Shown here: one piece after another, positions 50,873 through 51,051 of the stretch
How the letters are laid out: every line of letters starts with the position of its first letter
Position numbering within the stretch: position 1 is the stretch's first letter
Source: Actinomycetota bacterium
GTDB taxonomy: Bacteria > Actinomycetota > UBA4738 > HRBIN12
DNA: 51,051 nucleotides
NCBI GenBank assembly: GCA_050692375.1
Contig: JBOGVK010000243.1
Location: forward strand, 1-51,051
Direction: 5' to 3'
Made by a program: the position numbers and the translations under genes
The notes under the pieces: model-generated
What the model was told of the DNA's origin: nothing
Seen by the model: the letters and a program-made list of their open reading frames with translations, nothing else
Database searches by the model: none

Positions 50873-51051
50873 CCATGGTGAGCGCGCAACGTTTCGCCCC
50901 CGGAGGGAGTGACGCGTTGGTGCGCCTGCGGCACGTGTTCAAGGTGTATCGCATCGGTGACACGGGTGTCGTCGCCCTGGGCGGAGTGGACCTGGACGTC
51001 CTCCGCGGTGAGTTCCTTGCCGTCGTGGGGCCGAGCGGCTCCGGCAAGTCC
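50869..51051 (+). CDS. ABC transporter ATP-binding protein (MacB/LolD type), 3' end runs off the right edge
   Basis: Not in the ORF track (no in-window stop). ATG 50869 overlaps the permease stop (ATGA). My translation: [61 protein letters not shown], which carries Walker A. Confidence 0.85.
   Translation, partial: MTMVSAQRFAPGGSDALVRLRHVFKVYRIGDTGVVALGGVDLDVLRGEFLAVVGPSGSGKS

Noticed and set aside
1-51051. Search for CRISPR arrays, long direct or inverted repeats, IS elements, integrases, toxin-antitoxin pairs and known defence genes
   Set aside because: Visual reading of the sequence and translations found nothing of the kind. Only short palindromes (16-18 bp) and one 8-bp tandem repeat were seen. 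A computational repeat search would be needed to exclude dispersed repeats that I cannot detect by eye.

Overview
This is a 51-kb, very GC-rich, gene-dense chromosomal segment. The strong third-position G/C bias, twin-arginine signals, leaderless-looking promoters and the MarR/P450/SDR/FAH gene content suggest an Actinomycetota-like organism, but that is inference only. I call 46 protein-coding loci (one is a frameshifted solute-binding-protein pseudogene), one tRNA-Glu(CUC), and a few low-confidence promoter, operator and terminator candidates. I found no rRNA, CRISPR array, transposase, integrase, prophage or recognisable defence genes. Housekeeping anchors are ppk (left edge, missing from the ORF track because it has no in-window stop), gltX, pepN, ilvE, and serA with a class-V aminotransferase. 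The rest is accessory metabolism and transport: two P450s, two SDRs, two FAH-family proteins, an ADC-family protein, hpaD/hpaE-like ring-cleavage genes, a PLP decarboxylase, a C-N hydrolase, two CrtI-like flavoproteins, two DmdA/GcvT-like aminomethyltransferases, a GS-like ligase, a GATase1-like protein, a MetE-like protein, two APC permeases, two MFS transporters, and CPA2, TauE and FtsX/ABC transporters. Many very long ORFs in the track are antisense or alternate-frame artefacts of GC-rich DNA, or N-terminal over-extensions. I reset starts using RBSs, 4-nt ATGA/GTGA overlaps and family N-termini. The best candidates for undescribed biology are: (1) a GS-like ligase divergent from a tightly coupled P450 / MetE-like / small membrane protein / GATase1-like operon (13.3-18.0 kb), which resembles gamma-glutamylation-dependent amine catabolism with a P450 as the oxygenase; (2) an operon of a CrtI-like flavoprotein, two paralogous 385-aa DmdA-like aminomethyltransferases flanking yqgE/algH, and a SAM methyltransferase (38.1-43.4 kb); (3) a MarR-controlled decarboxylase / SDR / C-N hydrolase / flavoprotein / permease / hpaD-hpaE island (21.7-31.3 kb). 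None of these is a clear-cut novel system from sequence alone. All functional links are hypotheses that need homology searches and experiments.
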